Below, piece after piece: positions 60,399 through 64,000 of a stretch of DNA of 64,000 nt. Below the pieces are notes generated by a model. It was not told where the DNA came from. It worked only from the letters and a program-made list of their open reading frames with translations, and made no database searches. The number at the start of each line of letters is the position of its first letter. Position 1 is the first letter of the stretch. Source of the stretch: an uncultured Candidatus Binatia bacterium (GTDB lineage: Bacteria; Desulfobacterota; Binatia; UBA9968; JAJDTQ01); assembly GCA_965215605.1 (NCBI GenBank), contig OZ244070.1, positions 2,912,001 through 2,976,000 on the forward strand, read 5' to 3'. The position numbers and the translations under genes are program-made.

Positions 60399-62023
60399 TG
60401 GTCCTCTTCTTCCACATCGCTGGCCTTGACGCGCCGTGACTTGAGCTTCTCGCCGGTCTCGAAGTAGCGTCCCTCCACCGCGAGCCTGGCTTCCTCGTCC
60501 AACTCGTCGTCCCACTGGCCCAGGGAGTAGCCGTACCATGGCATCTTGGGCTTGAGGGGCGGCAGCATGAACTCCTCCCACAGCTCCCGGGCGTGCTCCA
60601 TGTATTCCCGCTTGGGCAGCGACACGGGCGGGAAGGGCTCCTTCTGGATGGCGTTGCACAGCATGCCCGATTCGTCTGCCGGCAGGTGGTACGACACCAC
60701 GTCGGTGCCCTTGTGATCGTCATTGTACAGGAACGGCGGGGCGTGGCCCTTTTCCATGCCGCCGATGATCTGCACGTCCTGGTGGGGCTTCATGCGGTAG
60801 CACATGGCCCAGAACACCGCCGCCTCGTCCGACGGATCGATGTCCTCGTCCACCGCGATGACGATCTTGCCGACGCCGGGATGGAAGGACGACGCGGCGT
60901 GGAGCGCGCGCCACACCTCGGCTTCCTTGGGCTTGCGCATCTGCACGATGACGAGCTTGTAGGTGTTGGTGAGGGGTTCGTGCATCTCCACCCGGATGAC
61001 GCTGGTGATGCGGCAGTGGTCCCTCAGGTGCACCAGCATGAGCCGGTCGTAGCCGATCTTGCGGATCACCGACGATTCGCTCGGGGTGAGCTGGCTGAGC
61101 CATGACACGTAGATGGCGTTCTTGCGGTGGGTGATGGCGGTGACGTCCATGAACGGGTTCAACTGCCGCGGATGCATGTAGCCGTGGGATTCTCCGAACG
61201 GCCCCTCGGGTTCCACGAACTCGGTGTTGAGGTGTCCCTCGATGACGATCTCCGATTCCGCCGGCACCTGCAGGTCCACGGTCTTGCACTGGGCCATGCG
61301 GATGGGCTCGCCCACGAAACCGCCGGCGATGGCCATTTCGTCCACGCCGTAGTCCACCTTCTGCACCGACACGTAGGAGACCACCGGCGGCGCGCCGATG
61401 ACCAGCGCCGCCTCCAGCGGCTCGCCGCGCTTCTGGGCGTTCTTCCAGTGCAGGTAGATGTCCTGGCCCAGTCCGGACGGGAACACGCCTACCCGGGAGT
61501 TCGACTTGATCTGGCCCCGGTAGTTGCCGATGTTCCCGATACCGGTCTCGGGGTCCTTGGTGATCCAGTGGGAGCATGTGGTGTAGGGGCCGTTGTCGAA
61601 CCCGGGGGTGGAGATGGGGACCGGGAACTTGTCCAGCCCTTCGTTCTCCACGGCATCGCCGGTCATCACCACTTCGTGGCACGCCGGGTCGTCCACCACC
61701 TTGGGCGTGATGGGATTGGAGAGGGCGTGCTTCCACTTCTTGTCCATCTCCTCGGCGCTGTTGCAGCCCATGCCCAGGAAGTAGATGGCCTTGCTGCCGG
61801 CCAGCGCGCCCACCACCACGGGGAAGTCGAACTTGCGCCCGCGGGAGTCTGTGACGTTGGAGAAGTACCACGCCTTGCGCTCCTCGTCGGGAATGCCGCC
61901 CCGGTACTGCCAGCGCACCAGCGGATGCAGTTCGGTGTCCTTGTTGATGGTCTGGTTGATGCGGCGCAGGTGCCCCGCCTCTTCGAGCATCCTCAGATGC
62001 TCATGTAGATCTGCATAACCCAT
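60395..62023 (-). CDS. UbiD-family (prFMN) decarboxylase
   Basis: NIGNYR, VPAESEIVIEG, EGPFGE and VDEDID motifs; start MGYADL after GGAGG. Confidence 0.9.
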   Translation of the reverse strand: MGYADLHEHLRMLEEAGHLRRINQTINKDTELHPLVRWQYRGGIPDEERKAWYFSNVTDSRGRKFDFPVVVGALAGSKAIYFLGMGCNSAEEMDKKWKHALSNPITPKVVDDPACHEVVMTGDAVENEGLDKFPVPISTPGFDNGPYTTCSHWITKDPETGIGNIGNYRGQIKSNSRVGVFPSGLGQDIYLHWKNAQKRGEPLEAALVIGAPPVVSYVSVQKVDYGVDEMAIAGGFVGEPIRMAQCKTVDLQVPAESEIVIEGHLNTEFVEPEGPFGESHGYMHPRQLNPFMDVTAITHRKNAIYVSWLSQLTPSESSVIRKIGYDRLMLVHLRDHCRITSVIRVEMHEPLTNTYKLVIVQMRKPKEAEVWRALHAASSFHPGVGKIVIAVDEDIDPSDEAAVFWAMCYRMKPHQDVQIIGGMEKGHAPPFLYNDDHKGTDVVSYHLPADESGMLCNAIQKEPFPPVSLPKREYMEHARELWEEFMLPPLKPKMPWYGYSLGQWDDELDEEARLAVEGRYFETGEKLKSRRVKASDVEEEDH

Positions 62024-62301
62024 GGATTGCCTCCTGTTCAGCTCGATTTCTCGGAATGTCGCGGTGAGTTCCCGTAACCCCGTGCGGCGCAGGCCCGGAT
62101 AGCGGGGCTCCAGGCGATCGGCGGAAAGAAACGGATGGCTCTCGTGCGAAGAAAGAAAATAGCCGATGGTGTCCTGCCGTGTCAAATTCACCGCGGGGTC
62201 GCCTCTCCCGGTTCCCCCAGGCCCGCCGGGACGGGCGATGCTTGACGCGGTTCGCGTGACTCCTGTAGCCTTGGCCGCAATCCACGGAAGGAGTTGCATG
62301 C

Positions 62302-63594
62302 ATGCAAACCGATGAAGCCATCCTGGAGAAGGTCTTCTCGCACATCGACCGGGAGGAGCTGGCCAGGCTGGCCATGGACGTGGTCAGCATCCCGACGCCC
62401 ACCGGCAGCGAGGAGGAGGTGGCGCGGTTCATCCACGATTGGCTCCAGAAGCAGGGCATCGAGACTTTTCTTCAGCACACCGAACCCGGCCGCGCCAACG
62501 TGGTGGGGGTGATTCCGGGCACGGGGGAGGGGCCGACGCTGCTGTTCAACGGACACATGGATACGGCGCTGGCGGGGACCCAGGAGGACCTGTGGATCAC
62601 CGGCAGCACCCGGCCCGAGTGGCAGGCGCTGGCGCGGCGGGAGGACGACGTCATCTACGGCAGCGGCATCGTCAACGACAAGGGTCCGCTCACCTGCACC
62701 CTGGCCATGGCCAAGGCGCTCAAGGAGAGCGGCGTCAAGCTCAAGGGCGACGTCATCGTGACCGGTGTGGCGGGGGAGATCGGCCGCTCGCCGGTGGACC
62801 ACTACCAGGGCCCCGCCTACCGCGGCAAGGGCCACGGCGCGCGCTACCTGGTGACCCACGGCGTGGTGGGGGATTACTGCATCGTGGTGGAGCCGTCTCA
62901 GTTCCGCATCACCTGGGCCCAGTGCGGCGCGGTGTTCATCAAGATCACCACCTACGGCGAGCCCATGTACGGGCCGTTCGTGGATCATCCGGTGGACGCC
63001 AGGGAGAGCAAGAACGCTGTGGTGCGCATGGCCTCCATCATCCCGGCGCTGGAGGAATGGGCGCGCCGCTACGAGCAGGAGCACCGCTACGAGTTCGCCG
63101 CCGCCACCATGATCCCCAAGGTCAACATCGGCTCCATCTTCGGCGGCGCTCCCTTCAAGCCCAACTTCTCGCCCGCCATCTGCAACCTCTACGTCGAGGC
63201 GTTCATGACCCCGGACCAGCGCGCCATCGACGTGCTGCGGGAGGTCCGGGAGGTCCTGGCGGCCACGGACATCGACGCCAAGTCCTCGCTCTTCCTGTCC
63301 GTCAACGGCTACGAGTCCAAGGGCGCCGAGCCGCTGGTGTCCACCATGCAGGAAGCCCACGAGTACGTGCGCGGGCGCAAGGCGGAGCCCATCCGCAACG
63401 CCTTCACCAGCACCTACGCGGACCTGACGGTGTTCGCGGAAGTGGGCATCCCGGCCATCAAGTGCGGCCCCTCGCCGGAGGCCGCCGACGCCAAGCCCGC
63501 CACCGGGGAAATGCAGAAGGTGGAGGATCTCGAGGCCGCCGCCCGGATGTACGCGTTCGCCGCGTTGGAGATCGCCGACCGGGACCGGGCGTGA
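62302..63594 (+). CDS. M20/M25/M40 metallo-hydrolase
   Basis: FNGHMDT, YGSG..NDKG and VVEP motifs. Confidence 0.87.
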   Translation: MQTDEAILEKVFSHIDREELARLAMDVVSIPTPTGSEEEVARFIHDWLQKQGIETFLQHTEPGRANVVGVIPGTGEGPTLLFNGHMDTALAGTQEDLWITGSTRPEWQALARREDDVIYGSGIVNDKGPLTCTLAMAKALKESGVKLKGDVIVTGVAGEIGRSPVDHYQGPAYRGKGHGARYLVTHGVVGDYCIVVEPSQFRITWAQCGAVFIKITTYGEPMYGPFVDHPVDARESKNAVVRMASIIPALEEWARRYEQEHRYEFAAATMIPKVNIGSIFGGAPFKPNFSPAICNLYVEAFMTPDQRAIDVLREVREVLAATDIDAKSSLFLSVNGYESKGAEPLVSTMQEAHEYVRGRKAEPIRNAFTSTYADLTVFAEVGIPAIKCGPSPEAADAKPATGEMQKVEDLEAAARMYAFAALEIADRDRA

Positions 63595-63664
63595 AGCGGT
63601 GGCGGCGGCGAATGGCGGTTTGGCACAAGATTTCGTATTCAAGACGCCACGAAAGGAGCCTTCC

Positions 63665-64000
63665 ATGAGCATTGATACGGGCCTGTACCGCCGGACCTTC
63701 AGGGGCACAGGGGGGGTCGCCACCGACGAGATTCTGTTCTCATCCGATTCCCATGTGATGGAGCCCGCGGACACGTTGGTGAACCGCGTCCCGCAAGCCA
63801 TGCGCGATGCCGCGCCGCGCTTTCCCGAACTGAAAACAGGGGAGGGGTTCCAGACCCATCCCGGAGGGTCGGACCCCAAGGCCCGGCTCAAGGAGATGGC
63901 GGTGGACGGGGTCAGCGCCGAGGTGCTGTATCCCACCTACTCCCTGAGCCTGTTCTCGCAGGAGGATGTCGCGCTCCACGAGGCGTCGTGCCGGGCCTAC
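63665..64000 (+). CDS. Amidohydro_2-family protein, 5' part (runs off the window; missed by the ORF track)
   Basis: ATG after AGGAG; SSDSHVMEP...RLKEMAVDGVSAEVLYPT...CRAY. Confidence 0.85.
   Translation, partial: MSIDTGLYRRTFRGTGGVATDEILFSSDSHVMEPADTLVNRVPQAMRDAAPRFPELKTGEGFQTHPGGSDPKARLKEMAVDGVSAEVLYPTYSLSLFSQEDVALHEASCRAY

Noticed and set aside
62024-62299. 91-aa N-terminal extension of UbiD in the ORF track
   Set aside because: RBS and family-like sequence begin at ATG 62023; the region is a divergent intergenic spacer. Extensions of adk, the acyl-CoA dehydrogenase and the CoA-transferases were trimmed for similar reasons.
63620-63636. Sigma54-like TTGGCACAAGATTTCGT upstream of the last gene
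   Set aside because: The -24 element is perfect but -12 reads TTCG rather than TTGC; insufficient to call.

Overview
A high-GC bacterial chromosomal window, densely coding, with about 54 protein genes and no rRNA, tRNA, CRISPR array or intact transposase that I can see. The gene content includes many paralogous class III CoA-transferases, Amidohydro_2 enzymes, TctC/Bug binding proteins, ornithine-cyclodeaminase-like proteins and UbiD. This suggests a heterotrophic deltaproteobacterial-type lineage such as Binatia (inference only). Housekeeping genes include glnE, adk, gnd, pgl, folK/folX/folM-like and a citrate synthase-family gene. Signals not captured by the ORF track: (1) a DUF3179 gene read through an in-frame UGA in a U-P-L-C motif, with a SECIS-like hairpin (selenoprotein, 880 to <1); (2) a lower-GC island (~11650-13620) with four exactly 22-bp-phased GACCAATTGAA repeats over the promoter of an AAA_14/wHTH/DUF4143 ATPase-nuclease, followed by a PD-(D/E)xK-like protein carrying a MazE-like C-terminal tail and a MazF stub; (3) a TctC-thiolase/DUF35-amidohydrolase operon ending in a radical SAM enzyme with a non-canonical CX8CX2C motif; (4) a complete sigma54 promoter (-24/-12, IHF-like site, palindromic UAS) for a DegP/HK/NtrC module; (5) a divergent RpoD paralog with a long structured leader; (6) a decayed parDE pair and several REP-like palindromes. 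Product calls come from motif recognition by eye, not from database searches.
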